Position numbers and translations under genes: made by a program. A stretch of 64,000 nucleotides of DNA from the NCBI GenBank assembly GCA_946402275.1, contig CAMIVY010000002.1, positions 144,724 to 208,723 on the forward strand, written 5' to 3'. The stretch comes from an uncultured Prevotella sp. Its GTDB lineage: Bacteria; Bacteroidota; Bacteroidia; Bacteroidales; Bacteroidaceae. Shown here piece after piece: positions 42,647 through 51,194 of the stretch (position 1 is the stretch's first letter; each line of letters begins with the position of its first letter). Under the pieces are notes generated by a model. The model was given only the letters and a program-made list of their open reading frames with translations. It was not told where the DNA came from and searched no databases.

Positions 42647-43906
42647 ATGAGAGTATTATGGATCACCAACAGTCTCCTTCCCGAAGCTATTGCAAAGATT
42701 CGGAAGGAAGAAATCCAACAATGGAAAACGACAGGAAGTTGGATTATTGGAGCGGCCAATGCACTAACTAAAGAACAGAACATACAGTTGTATATGGTCT
42801 CTACATCTCAGCAAGTAAAGTCGCTAACCAGAATAGAGACAGCAGACATTGTGTCTTATGCCATTCCCTACGGGAAAGGTTGCGAGTCAGTTAATACAGA
42901 ATACAACAAATACATGAAGGCCATCAATGATGAAGTAAGGCCAGACATCATTCATATTCACGGGACAGAATATTCACATGGCTGGGCGTGGATTCAAGCA
43001 TGCGGTAGCCAACATGTCGTAATATCCATCCAAGGAATGACTTCGGTTTGTAGCCAATATTACCACGAAGGTATCAGCATCTGTGAAATCTTAAGCGCCA
43101 TATCCTTCCGAGATATTATACGTGGCGGCATGCTACGAGGGCAGATGTCATTCAGAAAACGCGGCGAGTACGAGAAGAAGATGATACAGTCCGTAAGACA
43201 TGTCATAGGGCGAACTTCATGGGACCATGCCCACGTTATGACCATAAACCCTCATTGTACATATCATTTCTGCAATGAGACTCTAAGAGATGACTTTTAT
43301 ACCGGAGAGAACTGGGAATACGGGAATTGCCAACCCTATACCATATTTATCAGTCAGTCGCTGAATCCGTTTAAAGGTTTGCATCAATTAATAAAAGCTC
43401 TGCCACATATATTAAAGTCTTTTCCAGACACACATGTCTTTGTTGCCGGTGAAGATCCTACGCTCGGATACGACATTTCCAATTGGTGGAGAATCACTGG
43501 TTATGGAAGATATCTTAAGCATCTCATGCGTCATTTGGACGTCAAGAAGCATATCACGTTTATTGGGAATGTCGATGCGAGACAAATGAAGGAAGAATTG
43601 TTAAAATGTAATGTCTTCGTTATGCCCTCAGCAATAGAGAACAGCCCTAACTCTTTAGGCGAAGCACAGATACTAGGTGTTCCATGTGTCGCATCCTACG
43701 TAGGAGGAATACCAGACATGATGAAGGGTAATGAGGAGAATCTATATAGATATGAGGAAACGGAAATGCTTGCCAGGCTGATTTGTCGTGTATTCATGGA
43801 AAAAGATCACCAGACTGATATGTCAACAATAGCAGCCTTGCGACACTGTCCTCAAAAAAATCTTAAGGATTTGATTTCTATTTATGAAAGCATTTTGAAT
43901 TTATAA
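42647..43906 (+). CDS. GT4 glycosyltransferase
   Basis: PDIIHIHGTE, KGLH, ENSPNSLGEAQILGVP.VASYVGG. Confidence 0.88.
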   Translation: MRVLWITNSLLPEAIAKIRKEEIQQWKTTGSWIIGAANALTKEQNIQLYMVSTSQQVKSLTRIETADIVSYAIPYGKGCESVNTEYNKYMKAINDEVRPDIIHIHGTEYSHGWAWIQACGSQHVVISIQGMTSVCSQYYHEGISICEILSAISFRDIIRGGMLRGQMSFRKRGEYEKKMIQSVRHVIGRTSWDHAHVMTINPHCTYHFCNETLRDDFYTGENWEYGNCQPYTIFISQSLNPFKGLHQLIKALPHILKSFPDTHVFVAGEDPTLGYDISNWWRITGYGRYLKHLMRHLDVKKHITFIGNVDARQMKEELLKCNVFVMPSAIENSPNSLGEAQILGVPCVASYVGGIPDMMKGNEENLYRYEETEMLARLICRVFMEKDHQTDMSTIAALRHCPQKNLKDLISIYESILNL

Positions 43907-43924
43907 CATAACAAGTAAAATAGC

Positions 43925-44857
43925 ATGACTGAAGTTACGTTCATGAAAATAGCAGCAATACTCACCGTACACAATCGTAAGCAGAAAACACTCACATGTT
44001 TACGTCACCTCTTTGATGCAACCAACCACTATAACAACAAGGAGAAAGGAAAAATCAAATTGTCAGTCTATCTGACTGACGACGGATGTACCGATGGGAC
44101 CGCCGAAGCTGTTATGAAATCTTTTCCTGGTCGACATATCCGTATCCTTAGGGGAACAGGATCACTCTTTTGGGCTGGCGGCATGCGTCTTGCGTGGAAG
44201 ACTGCTATGGAAGAAAGCGAAGAATGGGACTACTATCTTCTATTGAATGATGACACCAATATGATGGATTCTGTCTTTGACGAACTGTTTGAAGCAAATA
44301 GCTATGTTCTCAAGCAGACAGGCAGACAGGGTATAATATCTGGTATCACCTGTCAACCTGGAAACAAGTCCCAAATCACCTACGGAGGACTCAACTTCGT
44401 CAACAAGACCAAAGGACGGCAGGTTCTTGTTTTGCCAAACGAAGTACCACAGCGTATAGATCTTACCCATGCCAACATTTTACTGGTTCACCACTCAATA
44501 GTAAAAGAGATAGGGATTTTCTACAGAGGCTACACCCATGGCTGTGCAGACATCGACTATAGCATGATGGCTAAGCGACATGGTATTCCAACTTATTCTA
44601 CAGCAAATGTATGCGGCGAATGCGTTTACGACCACATATCACAGAAAGAAGAGGCTGAACACCTTACCACGATGACATTAACAGAACGTAAAAAATACGT
44701 CAACTCACCCACACATTGCGACAGTGATTACCTACAATTTGTATATCGCAATTTGCCATTGCGATATCCCTTGGCATGGCTATTGCGTACTATCCGAGTT
44801 TATGTTCCCTATTTATACTTACATATCACAAATTTCAGAGGTGTTTACAAATCATGA
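43925..44857 (+). CDS. GT2 glycosyltransferase
   Basis: LTVHNR, TDDGCTDGT, LFWAGGM, LLNDDT, ADIDY. Confidence 0.87.
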   Translation: MTEVTFMKIAAILTVHNRKQKTLTCLRHLFDATNHYNNKEKGKIKLSVYLTDDGCTDGTAEAVMKSFPGRHIRILRGTGSLFWAGGMRLAWKTAMEESEEWDYYLLLNDDTNMMDSVFDELFEANSYVLKQTGRQGIISGITCQPGNKSQITYGGLNFVNKTKGRQVLVLPNEVPQRIDLTHANILLVHHSIVKEIGIFYRGYTHGCADIDYSMMAKRHGIPTYSTANVCGECVYDHISQKEEAEHLTTMTLTERKKYVNSPTHCDSDYLQFVYRNLPLRYPLAWLLRTIRVYVPYLYLHITNFRGVYKS

Positions 44858-45672
44858 GCGTTTCTGTTATCATACCCACCTATAAGCCTCAGGAGTATTT
44901 ATTCAATTGTCTTGATTCGCTATGCCTGCAAACGCTGAATAAAGACCAATTCGAGGTTATCATTGTACTTAACGGACCGAAGAATCCTTACTTTGACCTT
45001 ATAGACAGCTACATCCAAACCCATTTTGACATTATCAACATACGCACTCTTTATAGTGACATACCTGGAGTGTCAAATGCCCGCAACAAGGGCATTGACG
45101 AGGCTTTGAGTAAATATATTACTTTTATAGATGATGACGATGTCGTAAGTAAGACTTTTCTTGAGGAATTATTAGCAAAGGCCCATGAAGATTGCTTGGT
45201 AATATCCAATGTCTATGGAATTGATGATACCACAGGCAAAGCTTATGAATATTTACTTTCTAAAGAATACAAAAAAATAGCCCGTATTGAAACGCCCTCA
45301 TTCTTCACTGCCAGGAGACTCTTGTCACCTGTTTGGTGCAAAATAATACCTCAAAAAGTAATTAACGGCGACCGTTTTCCTACTGATTTTGCCTTGGGTG
45401 AAGATTCCCTCTTTATGTTCAACATTTCACGGAGAATCAAAGACATCCGAATAACTTCTCCGGACGCAGTTTACTATGTCCGCCATCGCAATGGTTCCGC
45501 ATCCCGCCGCCATTATAGTTACTGGTTTCGCATACTTCTGGCATTCCGAACGACATTTCGGTATTTTTTCATCTACATAAGAACGCCTTTCTCTTACAAC
45601 TTTCCCTTTTTTATGACCCGTATAGCAGCCACCCTACGAAAACTAGCAAGGAAAGCATACGAGACTGAATAG
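44854..45672 (+). CDS. GT2 glycosyltransferase
   Basis: VSVIIPTY, GVSNARNKG, FIDDDD, LGEDS; start ATG 44854 overlaps the upstream stop (ATGA). Confidence 0.87.
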   Translation: MSVSVIIPTYKPQEYLFNCLDSLCLQTLNKDQFEVIIVLNGPKNPYFDLIDSYIQTHFDIINIRTLYSDIPGVSNARNKGIDEALSKYITFIDDDDVVSKTFLEELLAKAHEDCLVISNVYGIDDTTGKAYEYLLSKEYKKIARIETPSFFTARRLLSPVWCKIIPQKVINGDRFPTDFALGEDSLFMFNISRRIKDIRITSPDAVYYVRHRNGSASRRHYSYWFRILLAFRTTFRYFFIYIRTPFSYNFPFFMTRIAATLRKLARKAYETE

Positions 45673-45689
45673 ACCGTGACAAGGACAGT

Positions 45690-46454
45690 CTAGAGTTTAA
45701 ACTCAAAAATCTTGTAAAGGAACTTCACACTAATCATCAGCGGATTGGTGTAGATACCATTCTCACGACAACCACGTACATCGTCCTTGATGAGCTGCAA
45801 TCGGCTCTTTATATTGCATGTACTGGCACCACCAGTTCGCATAGTTACAAAATCAATAGGCAAATATTTCGCCTTAATTTTATAAACCATAAACAAACGG
45901 ACCATCATCTCATAATCAGAACCTATCTTATAATCTATCTTATAGAGACCCGCTTTTTCGTACACTTCCCTTCGGCAATAAAACGAAGGATGGGCTGGCA
46001 TGAAACCGAAACGGAGCCACATCGGACGAAAGGGCTTTGAGCTGTAATAGCGCACGATTTTGTCTGGCTCGCCGTCGTGTATAAAATGTATGTCCCCATA
46101 TACTGCATCAATGTTTGGGTCGTCAAAATTAACTACCATTCGTTCTATCACATCATCGCCCGTAAAATAGTCATCAGAGTTCAAAATGCCTACGATGTCG
46201 CCCGTAGCCATCCGTATTCCTTTATTCATGGCGTCATAGATACCTCCGTCCTTTTCGGAAATCCACTTCAGACGGCCACTAAACTGTGGTTCATATTGAT
46301 GTATGATATCCAATGAATTATCATGAGAGGCACCATCGACAATGATATATTCTATATCTGCATAGGATTGCGCTAGCACTGACTTTATTGTCTCTTCCAA
46401 TGTAGAAGAGCTATTGTATGCAACAGTTACTATTGATACTTTCATCTTTTTCAT
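45690..46454 (-). CDS. GT2 glycosyltransferase (WcaE-like), inverted relative to the cluster
   Basis: VSIVTVAYN, IIVDGAS.D, SEKDGGIYDAMNKG, LNSDD, PAHP, SDYE, MRTGGAS; likely start 46454 or 46445. Confidence 0.88.
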   Translation of the reverse strand: MKKMKVSIVTVAYNSSSTLEETIKSVLAQSYADIEYIIVDGASHDNSLDIIHQYEPQFSGRLKWISEKDGGIYDAMNKGIRMATGDIVGILNSDDYFTGDDVIERMVVNFDDPNIDAVYGDIHFIHDGEPDKIVRYYSSKPFRPMWLRFGFMPAHPSFYCRREVYEKAGLYKIDYKIGSDYEMMVRLFMVYKIKAKYLPIDFVTMRTGGASTCNIKSRLQLIKDDVRGCRENGIYTNPLMISVKFLYKIFEFKL

Positions 46455-46605
46455 TATTTTTATAACGCAATATCTTTTTAGATATTGTGTATAATCCATG
46501 ATTATATTACATCATGACAAGTCACTACACCTATCTTTATGCTAAAATAACATTAGAAAACAGCAATAGCCCAACAAAACACTTGCATATCTCAAGAAAA
46601 AGTCA

Positions 46606-46613
46606 TACCTTTG
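46606..46613 (+). promoter_or_regulatory. -7 box TACCTTTG upstream of the 11-bp array and orphan gene
   Basis: Matches TAnnTTTG with TTG at about 46583. Confidence 0.6.
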
Positions 46614-46680
46614 CCAAATCGTACTCCAATTTAGGTCTAACTTACCTCCAAAACATTCAAGTTTCAGCCTCTTTTCTTGT

Positions 46681-46830
46681 GCGATTGAACTACGTTTGAT
46701 ATACGTTTGTTGTGCGTTCATAAATCGGACAACAATCGAACAACAATCGAACAACAATCGGACAACAGTTGGAGGAAGAGCGAAGGAAGGACGGGGCAAA
46801 GGTAGAGATGAAATGGAGTTCGGTTGGACA
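46681..46830. repeat. 11-bp periodic array
   Basis: Core AATCG(G/A)ACAAC x4 (46723-46766); CG falls every 11 bp from 46682 to 46792. Confidence 0.85.
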
Positions 46831-46873
46831 GTAATTATAGTAGAATTAGCGAACAATTAGATCATATTGAGGT

Positions 46874-47614
46874 ATGAAAAGGAAAGGAACAGGAAAAGGA
46901 CTGATGGTTGTTGGCAGTATGCGAAAGGACGGCATTACGACCTACATGAAGCAAGGCAGGATGATTATTCGGTCTGCCAACTCCATGGAGAAGCGCAGCA
47001 ATACGCTGCCTCAGTTTATTCAACGGCAGAAAATGCGTCATTCCGTGGCGCTATGGAGGATGATGAAGTATTGTGAGCCGATGTTTACCAAAGGAACAAC
47101 GGCTTATAACAACTTCCTGTCGCTGGCCAATCGGTTGCCGGTGTTGTATGTAGAAAAGATACTGATGGAGAACACATCGTTTCTGATGCCAGGCATACCC
47201 GTAAGTGACGGTAACCTTCCGAAGATTAAAGAGGAGTTGGGCGTGGTGGACGGAATGCCAGCCCTGATTACTAATCTCAAGCCTCATGACTGGGAACCTT
47301 GGACGAAGTTATGGCTTTATACCGCCGTTCAGACTGGTGAATACAGAGATCTTCACGTGCAGTTCAGCAAACGCGAAGTATCTTGGGAAGAGATGACGGT
47401 GGTGGACGGACATTATGTATTGAAGTGTAAGGAATTCTCCGATGAGACAAAAGGCTGGGCACTGGTGTTGGTAAAAGGGGAACGCTGTTCGCCACAGGCC
47501 ATTGTTACACGTTGTACGCTATACCAAAAGTACATGACAGAAGAAGCCTTAGAGAAAGCAGCAGACAGCTATGGCGGACTGACTGACACCCCGTATCTGT
47601 CACCAAGTCGATAA
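46874..47614 (+). CDS. Hypothetical protein with basic N-terminus (DUF6266-like N-terminal pattern)
   Basis: 246 aa; G..V.GS...G.T.Y...G..IIR....RSNT..Q..QR.K pattern; no signal peptide. Confidence 0.6.
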   Translation: MKRKGTGKGLMVVGSMRKDGITTYMKQGRMIIRSANSMEKRSNTLPQFIQRQKMRHSVALWRMMKYCEPMFTKGTTAYNNFLSLANRLPVLYVEKILMENTSFLMPGIPVSDGNLPKIKEELGVVDGMPALITNLKPHDWEPWTKLWLYTAVQTGEYRDLHVQFSKREVSWEEMTVVDGHYVLKCKEFSDETKGWALVLVKGERCSPQAIVTRCTLYQKYMTEEALEKAADSYGGLTDTPYLSPSR

Positions 47615-47659
47615 ACTTGAAAAAACAATGTGAATAGACACAATAAAACGTAATAATGG

Positions 47660-47678
47660 CAGTTATATAATATAACTG
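47660..47678. promoter_or_regulatory. 9-1-9 palindrome, possible operator
   Basis: CAGTTATAT-A-ATATAACTG, 10 nt before ATG 47689. Confidence 0.45.
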
Positions 47679-47682
47679 ATAA

Positions 47683-50600
47683 TTGCATATGACGATATAT
47701 CTACTTATTGCATTTTTATTAAGTATGATTTGTGGGCTAATCTTCACGCCCCTCATCTTGGATTTCTGCAAGCGGAAGAAGCTCTACGACATACCCAACG
47801 AGCGGAAAGTGCATAAGAATGCCGTTCCTCGGTTAGGTGGTCTCTCTTTTTTTCCAAGCATGATGATGGCATTCGTCATCGTACTGGTTTTCTTCTCATT
47901 CAACAGGCAAGGTGACATCCCCATAAAGACGTGGAGCATGAGCTTCATTACAGGACTGGCCATCATCTATTTGATAGGCATTATTGACGACTTGATAGGA
48001 CTGAATGCCAGCAGTAAATTCATCGCCCAGATAATAACAGCCTGCTTGCTGCCGATTTCCGGACTGTACATCAACAACCTCTATGGACTTTTTGGTATCT
48101 ATGAACTTCCTTATGCTGTAGGCATTCTGCTGACCATTTTCATCATTGTTTTTATTGACAATGCCATCAATCTCATAGACGGCATCGACGGACTGGCAGG
48201 CAGTCTGTCGCTGTTGGCTTTAGGTGGTTTCCTTGCATACTTCGTACACAACGATGTATTCGTACATACCTACAACATTTTAGTAGCTGGTATGATGGGA
48301 GCATTGGTCACTTTCCTATACTTTAACATTTTTGGGCGGACTGAGCGAAACACAAAGATTTTCATGGGCGATTCCGGCTCATTGTCTTTAGGATTCACAT
48401 TAGGATTTCTCTCGATAAAATGTATGATGAACAACATCGCTGTATGGCCAGAACGGTCTGATGCCCTATTGGTGCCCATCTCGCTGTTGTTTGTGCCTAC
48501 AGCTGACGTCGTAAGGGTCACCTTACATCGACTGCGCCATTGTAGCCCTCTGTTTCTTGCAGACAAGAACCACATCCACCACAAGCTCTTGAGAGCGGGG
48601 TTGTCACAGCATCAGGCGTTAGCTGCCATTCTGGTGATGGCTATTGCCGTCATCTTGCTGAACTGGCTACTCTTCCCTACTCTGAACACATTGTGGATAG
48701 TGGCTATTGACACTGCCATTTACTGTCTGATCAACGTATGCATCAACCAATGGATAGACAGCAATTATTTGAAACGGGCTTTCGATGTGGTCCTCTCGTG
48801 TATGTGCCTCATCTTGTTTTCACCCTTGATACTCATTTGTTATCTCATTATCAAGATAGGAGGGGGACCCGCTATCTACAAGCAAGAACGTATCGGCAAG
48901 GGAGGTCGGCCCTTCTATATCTACAAATTCCGAAGCATGACGGTTGATGCAGAGAAAGAGGGCGAGGAACTGCTGCAACTGGACAACGACCCACGACAGA
49001 CAAGAATCGGACGCATCCTTCGCAGTCACCATCTGGATGAACTGCCTCAGTTATGGAACGTCCTTTGTGGCGACATGTCCTTTGTCGGACCTCGTCCGGA
49101 ACGCAAATACTACATCGACCAAATCATGGAACGTGATTCTCGCTATGAAAAACTTTATGCCTTACGTCCAGGTGTCACTTCCTATGCCACGCTGAAAAAC
49201 GGCTATACGGATACCATCGACAAAATGCTGGTACGCCTGGAAATGGATTTATACTATCTGGAGCATCAATCATTATGGACTGATATAAAAATCTTAATGA
49301 AAACTTTTGGAAACATCGCATCTGGACGGATTTTCTGTATAGCCTTCGCAATCCTATGTGCAAACAATCTTCAAGCACAGGATTCGCTACAGACTCGCAT
49401 TACCTACGACCTGACAACGGAAGCTGCCGTAGGAACGGGCGACTTTACAGCCTACCAGTTGACTACCAATCGACACCATGTGCTTGCCACCCGTCCTAAC
49501 ACGGCTTATCTGCGGGGTGCGGTCAACATAGAGCATGCGTTCAACGAAAACTGGAAATTGTCAGGTGCTATCGATGCCATCGGTTCCCTGCATGCTGACC
49601 ACAAAGCCTACCTGCAGCAGTGTTATGCCAACCTGAGTTGGAAACAGTTCTTCCTGGAGGTGGGTAGCAGGGAGCAAGAAATGGTGGTACGTGACAACCT
49701 GCTCTCCGTGGGTTCGTTTGTCAATGGCATTAATGCCAAGCCTATTCCACAGATACACGTCGGAACCAAAGGCTTCTGGAATGTACCTTTCACAAAAGGC
49801 TGGGTACAGATAAACATCGACTTCGGCTACGGAAAATTCCTGGATAACAGCTATCGTGAGAAACAATATTTTGATCATCAGGATGTCAGTTACCAATATG
49901 CCACAGGAGCCTATTATCACCATAAGCACCTCTATATCCGAAGCAATCCCGAGAAGCCCGTTTTCATAACCGTAGGTATTAATCATGTTGCACAGTTTGG
50001 TGGTACCAATAATGACTATCGAACAGGAACCCTGATCACCAAAAGCAAACCAGCCAACTTCAAGGCTTTCTGGAAGATTATCTTTCCGGCTGGAGACAGC
50101 AACTATTTCGAGAACGAGTCAATGGAAGACTGGGTATATGGCAATCACCTCGGCTTGTTAACTTACCAAATTGGATGGAACATCAACAAGAACCATCAGG
50201 TGCAGGCCTATCTGGACAATCCTTTTGAAGATGGCTCAGGTATGCGTAAGGGCAACGGATGGGACGGACTATGGGGACTGCAGTATAGCAACAAAACGCC
50301 CGGCAGGCAGTATGTGCGCGGTGCTGTCTTTGAATATTTCCAAAGCACCAACCAGTCTGGTCCCTTGCATTGGGACAGTGGTGATTATCCGGAACCTATC
50401 CGTAGCCAGATTACCGACTTAGTGACGGGTAATGACAATTATTACAATCACTCGTTCTATGGTAGTTATGCTCACTACGGCATGACGCCAGGCATTGGCC
50501 TGATTACTTCACCTATTTATAATAAGAATGGGTTCAATGAGTTTAGCAACAATCGTGTCAAAGCATGGCATCTGGGTGTCAATGGCGAGTTGACAGACCA

Positions 50601-50817
50601 TCTGTCCTATCTAGCCAAAGGCTCTTATCAGGAAGGATGGGGCACCTATAGTGCTCCTGCACCTCAAAAGCTACACTCTTTCGATGCCCTGTTCCAAGGC
50701 AACTACAAGCTGGGACCTTGGCAGTTCTCTGCTGCCTACGCCTTTGATGCAGGCAACATCTATGGTCACAACAATACGTTTAACATTAAAATCGGTTATC
50801 ATGGCAAGATTTTTTAA
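47683..50817 (+). CDS. Triple fusion: WecA/MraY-type polytopic phosphoglycosyltransferase + PglC/WbaP-type sugar transferase + Wzi-like outer-membrane barrel
   Basis: aa ~1-360: DIPNERKVH..PRLGG, IIDDL, NLIDGIDGL, FMGDSGS, HIHH. aa ~364-550: KRAFD, KFRSM, DPR.T..G, LDELPQL.NVL.GDMSFVGPRP. aa 566-1044: QQCYA, NAKPIPQ, YGNHLG, DNYYNH, LITSP, NNRVKAWHLG, terminal F. Likely start ATG 47689. Confidence 0.85.
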   Translation: MHMTIYLLIAFLLSMICGLIFTPLILDFCKRKKLYDIPNERKVHKNAVPRLGGLSFFPSMMMAFVIVLVFFSFNRQGDIPIKTWSMSFITGLAIIYLIGIIDDLIGLNASSKFIAQIITACLLPISGLYINNLYGLFGIYELPYAVGILLTIFIIVFIDNAINLIDGIDGLAGSLSLLALGGFLAYFVHNDVFVHTYNILVAGMMGALVTFLYFNIFGRTERNTKIFMGDSGSLSLGFTLGFLSIKCMMNNIAVWPERSDALLVPISLLFVPTADVVRVTLHRLRHCSPLFLADKNHIHHKLLRAGLSQHQALAAILVMAIAVILLNWLLFPTLNTLWIVAIDTAIYCLINVCINQWIDSNYLKRAFDVVLSCMCLILFSPLILICYLIIKIGGGPAIYKQERIGKGGRPFYIYKFRSMTVDAEKEGEELLQLDNDPRQTRIGRILRSHHLDELPQLWNVLCGDMSFVGPRPERKYYIDQIMERDSRYEKLYALRPGVTSYATLKNGYTDTIDKMLVRLEMDLYYLEHQSLWTDIKILMKTFGNIASGRIFCIAFAILCANNLQAQDSLQTRITYDLTTEAAVGTGDFTAYQLTTNRHHVLATRPNTAYLRGAVNIEHAFNENWKLSGAIDAIGSLHADHKAYLQQCYANLSWKQFFLEVGSREQEMVVRDNLLSVGSFVNGINAKPIPQIHVGTKGFWNVPFTKGWVQINIDFGYGKFLDNSYREKQYFDHQDVSYQYATGAYYHHKHLYIRSNPEKPVFITVGINHVAQFGGTNNDYRTGTLITKSKPANFKAFWKIIFPAGDSNYFENESMEDWVYGNHLGLLTYQIGWNINKNHQVQAYLDNPFEDGSGMRKGNGWDGLWGLQYSNKTPGRQYVRGAVFEYFQSTNQSGPLHWDSGDYPEPIRSQITDLVTGNDNYYNHSFYGSYAHYGMTPGIGLITSPIYNKNGFNEFSNNRVKAWHLGVNGELTDHLSYLAKGSYQEGWGTYSAPAPQKLHSFDALFQGNYKLGPWQFSAAYAFDAGNIYGHNNTFNIKIGYHGKIF

Positions 50818-51193
50818 ATATTTTCTCTTATCACTTTTCGCTATTCACTTTTCACTTCTCTTCTCCTCGTGTCAAGAAGGAAGAGAAGCCGGTGATTTGC
50901 TAGGCCAGTGGCGCATGGATCATACCGATTCCAAATACATCAGTTTCTCTGGTTCACTTGTTTGGATCAAGGATCTCAATATGGGTGCTGTTAACGGAAA
51001 TTTCCAACACACAGGCGACAGTTTGTTTATTCAATGTTATTCGGAAAAGGCAGAGAAAAAAGACACCACACTCCTTGAAGAATCATTTGGTTTCAAACCC
51101 TTCAATAATATCAGGGTAAAAATAGCTGCCTTAGATAATGACCAGCTCGTCATTACCAAAGGCAGCCAAACATGGAGTTTCCACAAATACTGA
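50801..51193 (+). CDS. Small lipocalin-like lipoprotein
   Basis: ATG 50801 gives MARFFK...FSSC lipobox; GDLLGQWR, FQHTGDSL, W.FHKY tail. Confidence 0.7.
   Translation: MARFFKYFLLSLFAIHFSLLFSSCQEGREAGDLLGQWRMDHTDSKYISFSGSLVWIKDLNMGAVNGNFQHTGDSLFIQCYSEKAEKKDTTLLEESFGFKPFNNIRVKIAALDNDQLVITKGSQTWSFHKY
50824..50858. repeat. TCACTTT heptamer repeat in lipoprotein signal peptide
   Basis: tctctta tcacttt tcgctat tcacttt tcacttc; encodes LLSLFAIHFSL. Confidence 0.65.
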
Positions 51194-51194
51194 T

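Noticed and set aside
46542-46856. 104-aa minus-strand ORF (VVRLLFDCCSIVVR)
   Set aside because: Translation of the 11-bp array; no independent coding evidence.
32944-51193. Polysaccharide locus as a tmRNA-integrated island
   Set aside because: It lies on the 5' side of ssrA, the duplicated 3' end is on the other side, and no integrase or distal att copy was seen.
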